A stretch of 64,000 nt of DNA from positions 162,948 through 226,947 of the IMG/VR virus record IMGVR_UViG_3300021979_000001. One strand, written 5' to 3'. The position numbers and the translations under genes were made by a program. The DNA comes from a virus (lineage: Duplodnaviria; Heunggongvirae; Uroviricota; Caudoviricetes). The notes beneath the pieces were generated by a model that was given only the letters and a program-made list of their open reading frames with translations, did no database searches and had not been told where the DNA came from. This document shows, in pieces, positions 49,672-60,362 of this stretch (within the stretch, counting starts at the first letter, position 1; each line of letters opens with the position of its first letter).

Positions 49672-50205
49672 ATGAAAACGATAAACCGAACAATTGATGA
49701 ATGGGGGAGAACGATTCTTTCACCTGATGCGGTGTTTGAATTAATGTATAATGGGCGGGTGGATTACGATACCATTCTAGTTGAAGATCACGACGAGATT
49801 AATCAATACAACACCATGTGTAAAACATTTGACCGGGAAAACATGTGCCTGGCAACACCAGAGCCAATGCCGCATACCCCGGATGAAGAATTCCAGGAAC
49901 GGAACCAAACATGGATGATCGACGACTATATTAAGGATATTCCAATTCGGGATTTTCTTATTACCATGTGCAAAGATGACGAACAAAGAGATCGGGTCCA
50001 TCATGAAATGGATTTGTTCGAAGAACGAAACTTGGTTCCGTTGTTGCAGTTAATGATATATTTGGTTGACCATTTTCGCACAAATAACATTGTTTGGGGC
50101 GTTGGGCGAGGATCGAGTGTTGCGTCATTCTGTCTTTTTTTAATTGGTGTCCATAAGATTAATCCCATAAAATATGGTCTGGATGTGCATGATTTTCTGA
50201 AATAG
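49672..50205 (+). CDS. split family-C DNA polymerase (DnaE-like) fragment
   Basis: RV..E..LF..WGVGRGSSVAS..LFLIG.HKINPIKYGL...F. Confidence 0.9.
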   Translation: MKTINRTIDEWGRTILSPDAVFELMYNGRVDYDTILVEDHDEINQYNTMCKTFDRENMCLATPEPMPHTPDEEFQERNQTWMIDDYIKDIPIRDFLITMCKDDEQRDRVHHEMDLFEERNLVPLLQLMIYLVDHFRTNNIVWGVGRGSSVASFCLFLIGVHKINPIKYGLDVHDFLK

Positions 50206-50269
50206 GTTTGGACAAAACACCAAAATACCAGTTATTATCCGGCTAAACACGAGCAGATGGCACAAAATT

Positions 50270-50509
50270 ATGGAACAACGAAAAATTGAAAGCTATTACT
50301 TTCTGATCAGACGCGGAACAACTCCCGCATGGTCCATGACAGATTGGATTAAATTTAGAAAGTGGATAGACGATAATGCACCAACAACGACGGTCTGCAT
50401 AGATACCAATAAAGTAGAAATCATATTTGATAATGAAAATGATGCCACATTATTTGTCTTGCGATGGGGTGACACTTTTCCAATAGATCAATATCATTCC
50501 AACGTATGA
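50270..50509 (+). CDS. hypothetical protein, C-terminal-motif family
   Basis: IFDNENDATLFVLRWG. Confidence 0.75.
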   Translation: MEQRKIESYYFLIRRGTTPAWSMTDWIKFRKWIDDNAPTTTVCIDTNKVEIIFDNENDATLFVLRWGDTFPIDQYHSNV

Positions 50510-50516
50510 GGCAGAT

Positions 50517-50801
50517 ATGTCATATTTTAGATTACGTGAACCAGATATTACTGCGTTGATCAAAAACACACCGGAATTTGCTAGTGATCCAAAAATTGTT
50601 ATCAACCATGTTTCAATTTCATACCGGTGGGACATGCACAAATATATTGCCCCGGTTGAAAATTACTATGATGAATTGAAAATAATTGGGAGTTGGATAG
50701 ATTGTAATATCACTGGGCCATGGTCATATGGTTTGGAATTGGGTGACTTCATTTTTTTACAAGATGAAGAATTAATGCTTTTCATGTTATGTTGGAAATA
50801 A
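50517..50801 (+). CDS. hypothetical protein, C-terminal-motif family
   Basis: WI..N..G.W..FLQDEELMLFMLCW. Confidence 0.7.
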   Translation: MSYFRLREPDITALIKNTPEFASDPKIVINHVSISYRWDMHKYIAPVENYYDELKIIGSWIDCNITGPWSYGLELGDFIFLQDEELMLFMLCWK

Positions 50802-50804
50802 TAA

Positions 50805-51299
50805 ATGGCAGATAATTCACATTTGTTTCCGTCTTTATATCAAATAATTGGCGCAATTGGTGGAAATATGGAAGAAACATATTTAATCAATTTGCTGGAT
50901 ACACTTGATCATGCATCAAACAATAAACAAGTTACTAATGATGCCAATAATTCGTTATTACCACCAAGAGTTATTGATAATTCAACTATCGAAATGTTGA
51001 ATGACAATGTTCGCGATATTATTGATAATACTATCATTAATGTTAATTCATATGATGGAGTTCGAGTTGCACTGGCACGCCTGGAAAATGCAAGACTAAA
51101 CAATACAGCATCGGCATTCGCATATCTGGTAATACAAGCATATATTGGATTAGTCGAAGAAGTGTCATTAGATACATTATTTGAAAATGAATTAAATATT
51201 GTTGAAGTCTCTAAACACTTGACTGACCAACTAAAAGTTGTTGCTGACGAACGCCAGGGTAATGCAACACTTTCGCAAGTAATTAACAATGATAAATAA
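50805..51299 (+). CDS. hypothetical protein
   Basis: 164-aa ORF in an operon. Confidence 0.7.
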   Translation: MADNSHLFPSLYQIIGAIGGNMEETYLINLLDTLDHASNNKQVTNDANNSLLPPRVIDNSTIEMLNDNVRDIIDNTIINVNSYDGVRVALARLENARLNNTASAFAYLVIQAYIGLVEEVSLDTLFENELNIVEVSKHLTDQLKVVADERQGNATLSQVINNDK

Positions 51300-51325
51300 T
51301 ATACATTGTTAATGGAGATAAAATA

Positions 51326-51697
51326 ATGAAGGTTAGATCAATCCGTGGTAGAGAAGTTGATATGTCAGCCCTTTCTGCACGAAATGAGACCAAAAAGGCG
51401 ATTGGTAACGCGAATATGAATGCACGTGGTGATGAAGTTGATTCCCAGGGTCGTATTGTTCGTGATCGCGCACAGATTGCACGGGACTATTATGCTACTA
51501 ATCCCAATGCAGTGAAAACATCAACATTAAATAAGATTTCAGCAGAAATTCTTACGCCTGAACAGGCCGTTAAAAAGGCAATTGAACAACAAGTTGCCGA
51601 TCAGGCCGCGTTTGCAGAAAAAGCAAAAGCCAAACAGGCCGAAGTTACGACAAAACCTGCACCACGAAAACGTAAAATCACAGAAACCGACGAATAA
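51326..51697 (+). CDS. jumbo-phage late hypothetical protein (RS.RG..VDM..GN..MNARGD)
   Basis: GATAAATA near 51292, GGAG RBS. Confidence 0.8.
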   Translation: MKVRSIRGREVDMSALSARNETKKAIGNANMNARGDEVDSQGRIVRDRAQIARDYYATNPNAVKTSTLNKISAEILTPEQAVKKAIEQQVADQAAFAEKAKAKQAEVTTKPAPRKRKITETDE

Positions 51698-51839
51698 CAA
51701 ACAACAAAAAAATTAAAAACATAAAAGGCGGAATTTTTATTTCCGTCTTTTTTTTATTTTCGGTCACTTTAATTTTGGTGTTAACATCCAAAACAGAGTA
51801 TGATTAGCATATCGAAACCAGAAACGAGTAAATTAATAA

Positions 51840-52172
51840 ATGACTATTAAAGATTTTACCCCAATGAAAGATTATGTCTTTGTGACTAATCTTGAACATG
51901 GTCAACAAAAGACCAAAACAGGCATTATCATTATGGATGATGATATGAAAGATAACGGGATCAAACCCCGTTGGGCACAAGTTTATAAAGTCGGAGACAA
52001 ATGCACCGACTTATCGGTTGGCGATTGGGTTCTAATTGAACACGGACGTTGGACATCCGGTTTTGATGTTGAACCAGATAATGGGGAAAAAGTGCGACTG
52101 TGGCGCATTGATTATCCAGAAGGAATTTTATTGGTTTCAGAAACCGATCCTCGCCAGACTGTATATAACTAA
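51840..52172 (+). CDS. groES: co-chaperonin GroES homologue
   Basis: P..D.V.V..KTKTGIII..V..VG..L.VGD.VL. Confidence 0.85.
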   Translation: MTIKDFTPMKDYVFVTNLEHGQQKTKTGIIIMDDDMKDNGIKPRWAQVYKVGDKCTDLSVGDWVLIEHGRWTSGFDVEPDNGEKVRLWRIDYPEGILLVSETDPRQTVYN

Positions 52173-52184
52173 CCAATTGGGTTT

Positions 52185-53126
52185 GTGATGAATCACGTTT
52201 TATGGGTTGATAAATATCGTCCTAATGAATTGGCCGATTATGTTTGGCGGGATGATCAGGAACGCGAAAAGGTAGAAGAATGGTTATCCACCGGGGTTCT
52301 ACCGCATCTTTGTTTTAGTGGCTCTCCTGGCACCGGTAAAACATCATTGGCTTTGATGATGTTAAAATTGCTGAACGTCCCTGATGGCGATATTTTGATC
52401 CGTAATGCGGTTAAAATTCGCACGGTGGACAAATTTCAGGAAACAATCACAAATTTTGTATCAACCTGGCCTTTTGGTAATATGAAATACGTGGTGTTGG
52501 ATGAAGCAGATAGATTATCTGCCACATCCCAGGAATTTCTGAAACATGAAATTGAAAAATATTCCGACACATGCCGGTTTATTTTTACCTGCAACAATGC
52601 ATCCAGATTGATTTCTCCATTAATATCACGTTGTCAATGCATGGATTTTCGACTTCTTGATTATGATGATTTTATTGCTCGCGTTGGGCAAATTCTCATG
52701 TCAGAAAACGTCAAGTTTGAAGTGGATGATTTGGTTAATTACGTGAAAGCTACGTATCCAGATATGCGTAGATGTATTAATCTGCTTGAACAGTCTACCG
52801 TTAAAAACAAACTTTCAAAACCACGTGCATCAGATGTCAATGGATCGTCAAACGATTATTTGCTCAATGCATTGTGCCTGTTTCAAGAAAAACGTTTTCG
52901 CGAAGCACGAAAATGCATTGTAGAAAATGTCCGGGCTGATGAATATATTGAAATTTATCAATTTTTGTCCCGAAATCTGGATTTATGGGGGAATACCCTA
53001 GATTTACAGGATGACGCGTTTTTGGTTATCCGAAAGGGTATGCTTAATCACGCAATTGCCGGTGATCCAGAAATCAATTTGGCCGCTACCATCATTGAAC
53101 TTGGCCGAGTTAATATGAATACTTAA
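52185..53126 (+). CDS. clamp loader AAA+ subunit (RFC small / gp44-like)
   Basis: LWVDKYRP, GSPGTGKT, LDEAD, FTCN, SRC, DMRR.IN. Confidence 0.95.
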   Translation: MMNHVLWVDKYRPNELADYVWRDDQEREKVEEWLSTGVLPHLCFSGSPGTGKTSLALMMLKLLNVPDGDILIRNAVKIRTVDKFQETITNFVSTWPFGNMKYVVLDEADRLSATSQEFLKHEIEKYSDTCRFIFTCNNASRLISPLISRCQCMDFRLLDYDDFIARVGQILMSENVKFEVDDLVNYVKATYPDMRRCINLLEQSTVKNKLSKPRASDVNGSSNDYLLNALCLFQEKRFREARKCIVENVRADEYIEIYQFLSRNLDLWGNTLDLQDDAFLVIRKGMLNHAIAGDPEINLAATIIELGRVNMNT

Positions 53127-53146
53127 CGCATATCGGAGAAAATAAT

Positions 53147-53509
53147 ATGCATAATCTTAGAAAACGTCCTTTTTTGATCGTAAATATTGTTCATCGTCCC
53201 TCAAAACGGGCATCGACAAGTGTTAAAGGATGGGGGGACGATCCCAGTAATTGGGATTCATTTGAACAAACATCCGTTGTTGACAGTGTTAAAAGTCATC
53301 ATATGCAAACAGCAAGTGTTATTATTGATGTCATGAACGGAACAACGGTCAAGAACCGGTTTTCAGAATCAATGACATCGCAGCAGGCAGCAGAACATTA
53401 TCTGGTGAAATATAAGGAAGACGTTACCCAGGCAATGTCTATTTGGATGTCAAAGCTGGCAAAAAATAAAACACCATCCACCCCTCCTTCTGTAGAGGAA
53501 GTGGTTTAA
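53147..53509 (+). CDS. hypothetical protein
   Basis: GGAG RBS, directly downstream of the clamp loader. Confidence 0.75.
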   Translation: MHNLRKRPFLIVNIVHRPSKRASTSVKGWGDDPSNWDSFEQTSVVDSVKSHHMQTASVIIDVMNGTTVKNRFSESMTSQQAAEHYLVKYKEDVTQAMSIWMSKLAKNKTPSTPPSVEEVV

Positions 53510-53568
53510 TTTAATTAGCCGGGTGATGATCGTCATTGCCCGGTTTTATTTTTTTTGAAGTAAGGTTC

Positions 53569-54165
53569 ATGACACAAATAATTTTAACAGATGTTGATGA
53601 AACAGTGCTGCGTTTTGCAGAACCGTTTGAACAATGGATGAAAACCCAAGGATTCATCGCGCAATACCCAGTTCGTGACGTGCATCATATTGATAAAGCA
53701 TTCAATATCAGTAATGACGCCATTTTGTCGCATATTAATAATTTTTGCACAAAAGATCGCATGGCAACACTGCCAGCCGAACCGGATGCCGAAGAAGAAC
53801 TACCTGTATTATATAATATGGGGTATCGGTTCATTGCCATTTCTGCATGTTTGGATGATCCAGAAATCGTTGAAGCCAGAACAAACAATCTCACTAAGGC
53901 ATTTGGCTTTCAATGGGACGAAATTCATTGTGTCGGTCTCAATGGAAGTAAAACGGATTTGCTCCATCAATATACCAAGGTTTCAAATATTTGGGTTGAA
54001 GATAATATTACGCATGCAGAAACAGGATATGAACTCGGGTATGATTCATTTTTACTCACAAGGCAATATAATATGATGACGCCATTTTCCGGCTATCGGG
54101 TGAATAGCTGGCATGAAATTAAAAACAAAATAGTGTCTACAGAATATGGGAGTAAATCAAACTAA
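53569..54165 (+). CDS. HAD-superfamily nucleotidase-like protein
   Basis: LTDVDETVL, K, WVED. Confidence 0.85.
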   Translation: MTQIILTDVDETVLRFAEPFEQWMKTQGFIAQYPVRDVHHIDKAFNISNDAILSHINNFCTKDRMATLPAEPDAEEELPVLYNMGYRFIAISACLDDPEIVEARTNNLTKAFGFQWDEIHCVGLNGSKTDLLHQYTKVSNIWVEDNITHAETGYELGYDSFLLTRQYNMMTPFSGYRVNSWHEIKNKIVSTEYGSKSN

Positions 54166-54332
54166 CAATTTATTAAAATTATGTGGTCATTTGTCGCATG
54201 TAAATGTTTGTTAATAAAAAATTCATTTATTGAACTTGGCATTAAACATAAACACCAACTAAAATGATTTTTTACTTACCTAAATAATTATGTGCGGCAC
54301 ACAAAATACTTCCCACACACGGAGGACATGAA

Positions 54333-55097
54333 GTGGCAAAAATCCACTCTAAACGCGCAAAACGCGCAACCCGCCCTAACCCTAGAGAAGACCGCAATTA
54401 TAATATGCGCGGTGGTGATCTACATTTATCCCGAAATACCCCAAAACAGAATAAAAAAGATATTCGTCTTGTGCCACGAAATATTGCACAAGAAGAATAC
54501 ATCGAAGCATTGTTTGATGAAGATCAATATTTGGTTTTCGCAATGGGTCCAGCCGGTTGCGGCAAAACCATGATTGCAACGCTACACGCAATTCAGGGGT
54601 TCCAGGATGGATTATATAAAAAAATCGTAATTACACGTCCCGCAGTATCCGTTGATGAACAACATGGCTTTTTGCCTGGTGGACTTTTCGAAAAAATGCA
54701 ACCTTGGGTCATGCCAATATTGGATGTGTTCAAGGAAGTCGGTTACACACCTAATGACATTACCAGCATGATCGAATGCGGCGATCTTGAAATTGCACCG
54801 CTCGCTTATATGCGTGGTAGAACATTTAAAGATTCAATTATCATTTTTGATGAAGCACAAAATTCAAGTCCTGCGCAGACTAAAATGGTTCTTACCCGTA
54901 TCGGTGAAAATAGTCGAATGATTATCACAGGTGATCTTCGGCAGCATGATCGCGGTTTTGATGATAATGGATTGAAAGATTTTGTTGAACGGTTGTCCGG
55001 GACAAATGATAATATTACCGTTATTGAATTTGAACCAGAAGACGTTGAACGTCACCCAGTTATTGAACAGGTCTTGCGTATCTACGATCAAGACTAA
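54333..55097 (+). CDS. phoH: PhoH-like ATPase
   Basis: GPAGCGKT, ITRPAV, GFLPG, AYMRGRTF, DEAQN, TRIG, GD..Q.D, RHP. Confidence 0.96.
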   Translation: MAKIHSKRAKRATRPNPREDRNYNMRGGDLHLSRNTPKQNKKDIRLVPRNIAQEEYIEALFDEDQYLVFAMGPAGCGKTMIATLHAIQGFQDGLYKKIVITRPAVSVDEQHGFLPGGLFEKMQPWVMPILDVFKEVGYTPNDITSMIECGDLEIAPLAYMRGRTFKDSIIIFDEAQNSSPAQTKMVLTRIGENSRMIITGDLRQHDRGFDDNGLKDFVERLSGTNDNITVIEFEPEDVERHPVIEQVLRIYDQD

Positions 55098-55410
55098 TCG
55101 TCGGTGTCGCCGCACGGATTAGATTTTTTGAAATGAGACTAAAATTAAATTATTATGGCATTTCCGCCAACAACACGAAAGGAGATTATTGATTTATCTA
55201 TCAACCGTTTCCGAATGTTATGGAAACACCATTAACTAAAAATAGTTGTAACAATTTCAAAGGCCCGCCGTAGGTAAAGCGGGCCTTTCTATTTGTAAAA
55301 ATAAATCAATGGTATGGTGCTTTTTTCGGGGATACAATGAGCATTGGAGATTTTTTGGTATGGGGGTGGCCTAAATACGTAACTGGCACTCAATGGCCGT
55401 TAAACGGCTT

Positions 55411-55686
55411 CTAACCCCATGTTAACTGAATTAATGTTGCCTGGTCTTCATCTGATATATAAATTTTGATACTTGTTTTAGTATCAACTAATACCCAGTC
55501 ACGCATAAATACACCAAGCGAATTTTGGCACCAATCAATAATACCGTCGCCATCCGTGTTCGGTGATTTCATTTTTTCATAATGTTCTTCTGTAGAAAAA
55601 ATAATAAACGGAAATTTACTTATAATCAACGCGCCATCTTCTAACGTCGTTGATATGAAAAATTCGTTCGTTTCTTTTGTTATCAT
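55411..55686 (-). CDS. hypothetical protein, C-terminal-motif family
   Basis: WC....G..W..DEDQATLIQLTWG. Confidence 0.7.
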   Translation of the reverse strand: MITKETNEFFISTTLEDGALIISKFPFIIFSTEEHYEKMKSPNTDGDGIIDWCQNSLGVFMRDWVLVDTKTSIKIYISDEDQATLIQLTWG

Positions 55687-55810
55687 CGCGATCCCCTATA
55701 TAAGTTAATTATACTTATATTGATAAAAAATATATTATTAGTGTATTTTTATTGTTGCAATCAGATATATTTCTGTTATAGTAACAAACATAACCAGTGA
55801 GGAAAAAATT

Positions 55811-56431
55811 ATGAACATTTTCAATAAAAATGCAAGTGAAATCGTCATTGGACGCCGTGTTTATTTTTCCTTATACGGTGGGAACACCGGCACCATCGTT
55901 AATATCGAACGCGATATGACAACGATCATTTGGGATGATGGCAAAAAAAGCCGGACTCCTATCGCCATCGTGTGTGGTGTTCAATGGGAAGTATATGACG
56001 AAGTTGTTTCGGCGGACGAAATTCAAAAATTGAAAGACCTGAATGCCGAGTATGAAATTCGGAAAATCGAAGATGAAAATAAAAAGAAAGAAGATTTCGC
56101 TAAAGAAATCGAATATTGGAAAAATAATCGCGAAGGCCGCAAAATTGCTGCCGATTTTTCGAAACCCATTTTCGATCAAGGGCTTGCTGCAAAAAACATT
56201 CGGATTGACCTGAAAACGAAATTTGGGGCCGGGGTGAAATTCTCGGTGAAGCAGCATGGCGGATCAATTCGGGTTTCATGTGATGATAAATCTATCTCAC
56301 GGAACGAAATCAAAAACGTGGTAACCCGGTATGAATCGGGATCGTTCGATTCAATGTCTGATTGCTACAATTATAAACAAGATGCTTTCGCCGATGTCTT
56401 TGGTAACGCCAAATACGTGTTTGTCGAATAA
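55811..56431 (+). CDS. early protein with an LPD29-like C-terminal domain
   Basis: AAKNIR.DLK..F..VKFSV..SI.V..Y..G.FDSM.D.Y.Y..F...FG.AKYVF; TTGCAA/TATAGT promoter upstream. Confidence 0.75.
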   Translation: MNIFNKNASEIVIGRRVYFSLYGGNTGTIVNIERDMTTIIWDDGKKSRTPIAIVCGVQWEVYDEVVSADEIQKLKDLNAEYEIRKIEDENKKKEDFAKEIEYWKNNREGRKIAADFSKPIFDQGLAAKNIRIDLKTKFGAGVKFSVKQHGGSIRVSCDDKSISRNEIKNVVTRYESGSFDSMSDCYNYKQDAFADVFGNAKYVFVE

Positions 56432-56672
56432 ACAGGCCAGCTATCCAATAAATAAAAGCCACCCAGGAACATAATCTGGGTGGCTTTTTATATTAATAAC
56501 GCAAAAAGTATTATAAAAATAATAGCAATTCGCACGAGTAATGTTATGTTCGGTGGCGGATGTTTATTATACAAATGATCATATCCCGATTTGTGATCAT
56601 GTTCTATGTTTTATTCGCTGGGATAAAATTATCCGATAAACGTTCATTCAATTTATTCATCAACAAACCTTT

Positions 56673-57368
56673 TCAGTTATTAAAAATATCTTCGGTAACC
56701 ACGGTAAAACCGTGATCTGCGAACCGCTTTGCGACATCTTCAGTATATTCGATGAAACAGGGACCATCAGCATCCGCAATAGGCTGACCGGTAGAATCAG
56801 ACTTAATCAGGGCGAATATCCCTTCTATTTCTTCGTAACCGACAATCCCAGCAGGCCAGAAGGTTGTTGAAAACTCCGGCGAATGATTGTAAATGAGACC
56901 GCCCCATGGCCCATTCACAGCAGATAGAACACAGCCAACAACACCGAATAATTTATCAGGCATCAGATAGACAGTAAACAATCGCGGGTCAACAAATGCC
57001 GCACTGTATATAAACCCATCTTCAATGGCTTGATCGCCATATTTTTTAGTAAATTCGTCGGGGGTAGGCACATTCGAAATATTGGACAGCCACGCGTTTT
57101 CAGCAGGCATAGGAAAGCGAATAGAAACATCGTCCCCAATTGCCACGGCAATAACTGGTGTTTCAGTTAAATGGAAATAGCGCACCATTTTGTTCGCATC
57201 GCCGATGAACTCAAAAATTAACTTCCATTCAGTCAATTTCCCGGTGAATTTCGCAGAGATCGACAAATTATCATCTGCAATGAGGGACCACGAATTATCA
57301 GAAAAAATCGCCAGTTCCGGGACTAGGGTGGTGTTATTCAAATAAGAAATAATATCGTTATTTGTCAT
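56673..57368 (-). CDS. hypothetical protein, tandem paralogue A
   Basis: Shares FPMPAE..WLS, DPRLF, FWPAGIVG.EE.EG and RF.DHGFTVVTED with 57474-58112. Confidence 0.8.
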   Translation of the reverse strand: MTNNDIISYLNNTTLVPELAIFSDNSWSLIADDNLSISAKFTGKLTEWKLIFEFIGDANKMVRYFHLTETPVIAVAIGDDVSIRFPMPAENAWLSNISNVPTPDEFTKKYGDQAIEDGFIYSAAFVDPRLFTVYLMPDKLFGVVGCVLSAVNGPWGGLIYNHSPEFSTTFWPAGIVGYEEIEGIFALIKSDSTGQPIADADGPCFIEYTEDVAKRFADHGFTVVTEDIFNN

Positions 57369-57473
57369 GGGAATCCTACTAAAAATCCAAAATTAATATC
57401 CTCAAAATTATTTAATATAAAGGATCACACCCGAAAGTGTAATCCTTTATCCGATCAAGCAATTCGCTTAAAC

Positions 57474-58112
57474 TTAAGCACCGAAGTCATCTTCGGTAAC
57501 CACGGTAAAGCCGTGATCTGTGAAGCGTTTGGTGGCGTCCGAGGCATTTTCGATAAAATTGAAACCGTTGGCATATTCAATCGGCTTGCCGGTAGAATCT
57601 GCTTCGAGCAGAGAGAACGTCCCCTCCATTTCTTCGAAACCCACTATACCAGCAGGCCAGAAGGATGCCGGAAACTCCGGCGAATGGGCATCGGTGAGTT
57701 CCATTTGATTATGCAGGGAATTTACCGCGTGTAGAGTGCAGAAAACCCCGAATAATGCATCGGGGGTTAAACAGACTGCAAACAATCGTGGGTCAATCAG
57801 TTTTGCACTGTATTCGAAACCATCATCAATGGCTTGATCACCATGACTGTTAACAAAATCATCGGGTGTAGGAACGTCCGAAATATCGGACAGCCACACG
57901 CTTTCGGCAGGCATAGGAAAGCGAAAAGAAATGTCGTCACCAATGCTGACAGCAATAACCGGCGAGTCAGTCATATGAAAATACCGAATGGTTTCGCCAG
58001 TAGTAACATGCGCAAATTCGGTAATCAGAGACCAACCCTTCGCATTAAAAACAGCCATTTCCGGCGGCGGTGTGGAGTTCAGATACGAGATAATATCATT
58101 CATATTCGACAT
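57474..58112 (-). CDS. hypothetical protein, tandem paralogue B
   Basis: Same motifs as paralogue A; own TTGACT promoter upstream. Confidence 0.8.
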   Translation of the reverse strand: MSNMNDIISYLNSTPPPEMAVFNAKGWSLITEFAHVTTGETIRYFHMTDSPVIAVSIGDDISFRFPMPAESVWLSDISDVPTPDDFVNSHGDQAIDDGFEYSAKLIDPRLFAVCLTPDALFGVFCTLHAVNSLHNQMELTDAHSPEFPASFWPAGIVGFEEMEGTFSLLEADSTGKPIEYANGFNFIENASDATKRFTDHGFTVVTEDDFGA

Positions 58113-58190
58113 GACATTTCCTATTGATAGGATAAAACACCATCGTTGACGTGCTATTATATAAAGTAGATAATTTTAAGTCAACCGTTT

Positions 58191-58730
58191 TTAATCATAG
58201 TCATATTCCCAAATCGAACCGGCATCAAACGCGATATATGATGTAAACACATGCCCAAAACATGCATCTTCCATTATCATACCATCATACCCTAATTTCA
58301 CAAGACCATGTATGAATTGTGGTAGCTGTAAATATCCATTTGCTGACATTCGATAGTAATTTATATCGGTATCGCCGTATTTGTTTAAAAAATATTTTGG
58401 AATATCACTCCAAAATTTCGGGTCTATGTTCAAAACATTTTTTATTATACGTTGATCGCGTTCTTCTTCAAAATTTGCTGGATTTTTTAATGATAGAAAA
58501 AAACTGCGAACTGGGCCAAATTCTGCGGCAGCATCATAATCATCAGTGAAATAATAACCAGTTCTGCTTCGAGTCATCCCGTTTTCATGTCCGGGTTCAA
58601 ATTTATCAAATGATGAAGTAGTTCCATGGTAAACCATTAACGGATTGCCATCAAAATCTACAATCTTGCTACCAGAAAACCATGTGTCAAATGACGACAT
58701 TTCTTCACAAATATTAATATAATTGCGCAT
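58191..58730 (-). CDS. ART-PolyVal-like ADP-ribosyltransferase with an MRNYINICEE leader
   Basis: F..WF.GSK.VD..G.PL.VYHGT..F..F..G.YFT..A..F..L.NP..GYDG.I..Y.AF. Confidence 0.85.
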   Translation of the reverse strand: MRNYINICEEMSSFDTWFSGSKIVDFDGNPLMVYHGTTSSFDKFEPGHENGMTRSRTGYYFTDDYDAAAEFGPVRSFFLSLKNPANFEEERDQRIIKNVLNIDPKFWSDIPKYFLNKYGDTDINYYRMSANGYLQLPQFIHGLVKLGYDGMIMEDACFGHVFTSYIAFDAGSIWEYDYD

Positions 58731-59062
58731 GTAAACCTATATATTCATTTTAGATATTTATTTAAAAATGTTCCATGTTTTTCCAAATATATTTCATATG
58801 GCCGCTGGATATGCTTTGGACAAATGTGTATTCAGAATATTTTTAAGAATGTCTAACATCATTATTACCATAAAACTCACATTGGGTGCTGATATTATAC
58901 AGTATCTCCGAATGCGGGTGAAATTATTTTAGTAGGAAAAATGTATTTTTATATTAACCGCAAAAGTTGTAATTCGTTATAGAACAAATTATGAACAATG
59001 GGTATAGGATTACAGTCATATATTATATCGGCAATTATTTTTAATCTAATAGAGAACCCAAT

Positions 59063-59092
59063 AAAAAACCCGGCCTGAAAGACCGGGTTTTT
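59063..59092 (-). terminator. terminator after the major capsid gene
   Basis: aaaaacccgg/ccgggttttt. Confidence 0.85.
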
Positions 59093-59117
59093 ATCATTTT
59101 TCGTGGTCGAAAATTGA

Positions 59118-60317
59118 TTAGATGAAGGACAGGGAATTGGTATCGATACCGACCAAGCCCAAATAATCGGACGCGTTGCCGAGTGACGACGCCGAGTTGG
59201 TAAGTTCCTTGTAACCATAACGGCTCATGAACGAAACAACTGGTTCCATGGTATTTGGATCGATAACAGCCCCGGTTGAAGTCAGTGGAACATAAGGGCA
59301 ATAGAATGCAGCAGCATCAGTATCGTTACCTTTGTAACCAACCATAACCGGTGTTGCATCAGATGCATACTGGTCAACGTAGACACGAATTGAGTTGTTC
59401 AGCAAACCAACAAACTTAGTATTGGTTGGTGCTTCGAAAACGCCTTCGGTTGTGCGGGCGAACGAAGATGTTGTAGCAGACTGCAACACGGTGAGAGCAG
59501 TCGGAGAAACAACAACCCAGTTACCAGCGCCACGACGGGTGCGCGCAGCGATCAGGTTAGCTTGACGACCGATCAGGATAGCGAGAGCCGCGTGAACATC
59601 ACCAACGAATGTTGGGGTTCCGGTGACTGCATCCTGTTTGAAGATCGCGGTTGGTGCGCCTGGCAGTGCCCGCAGTGATGTCAGGATTTCCTGGTCGATT
59701 TCAGCAACGAGTTCCTGTGCGAGAGCGGCCATGATTTCTGCTTCGATGTCGATACCTTGCTGTGCTTCTGCATCCTGTGCAGCTTCAAAGGTCCAGCGGG
59801 CGCTCATTTTACGTGAACGTGCTTCAACGACTTCTTTCAAAATCTGGACAGTCAAGCGCTTACCAGCAGTTCCTTCGAGTGAACTTGTAGCGGCACCATG
59901 CGGTGAGTTGACATCAAGATTACCACTGTAGTAGCGAGCAATATCAAATGGTGACAGTGCTTCTGAACCAGCAGTAACACCACCTGGAACAGTGTCGCCA
60001 TACCGAACGCGCATTGTGTGAATCTGACCAACTGGGCCGGTCATTGGTTGAACGCCGATAATTTCGTTAGCGATAACCGTAGGCATGACACGACGGATAA
60101 CTGGCAGAATGACTTTATTCAGAGTAGCAACATTGGCAGAGTTAGTTGCGCCAGATGTTGCAGATTCCATCAGATAACGATGTGTGTTATCGAGAATGGT
60201 TTCCATCACTCTTTTCTTATTTCGGTTCTTTGACCCGTCCTGGTTGTGTTCGAGATCATAACCTTCGCAAAGGGCTTCTTTAGTGCGTTTCCATTGCGTC
60301 TCAAAAAGTTTACTCAT
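59118..60317 (-). CDS. major capsid protein (T4 gp23-like)
   Basis: LPVIRRVMP..IA.EIIGVQPM.GP.GQI, RK.SARWT.EAAQD, EIDQEI, RRGAGN, YCPYVPL, SRYG. Confidence 0.96.
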   Translation of the reverse strand: MSKLFETQWKRTKEALCEGYDLEHNQDGSKNRNKKRVMETILDNTHRYLMESATSGATNSANVATLNKVILPVIRRVMPTVIANEIIGVQPMTGPVGQIHTMRVRYGDTVPGGVTAGSEALSPFDIARYYSGNLDVNSPHGAATSSLEGTAGKRLTVQILKEVVEARSRKMSARWTFEAAQDAEAQQGIDIEAEIMAALAQELVAEIDQEILTSLRALPGAPTAIFKQDAVTGTPTFVGDVHAALAILIGRQANLIAARTRRGAGNWVVVSPTALTVLQSATTSSFARTTEGVFEAPTNTKFVGLLNNSIRVYVDQYASDATPVMVGYKGNDTDAAAFYCPYVPLTSTGAVIDPNTMEPVVSFMSRYGYKELTNSASSLGNASDYLGLVGIDTNSLSFI

Positions 60318-60362
60318 AATGTTTAGGCTCCTAAAACTTTTTTTAAAAAATTGACCGGTTAA

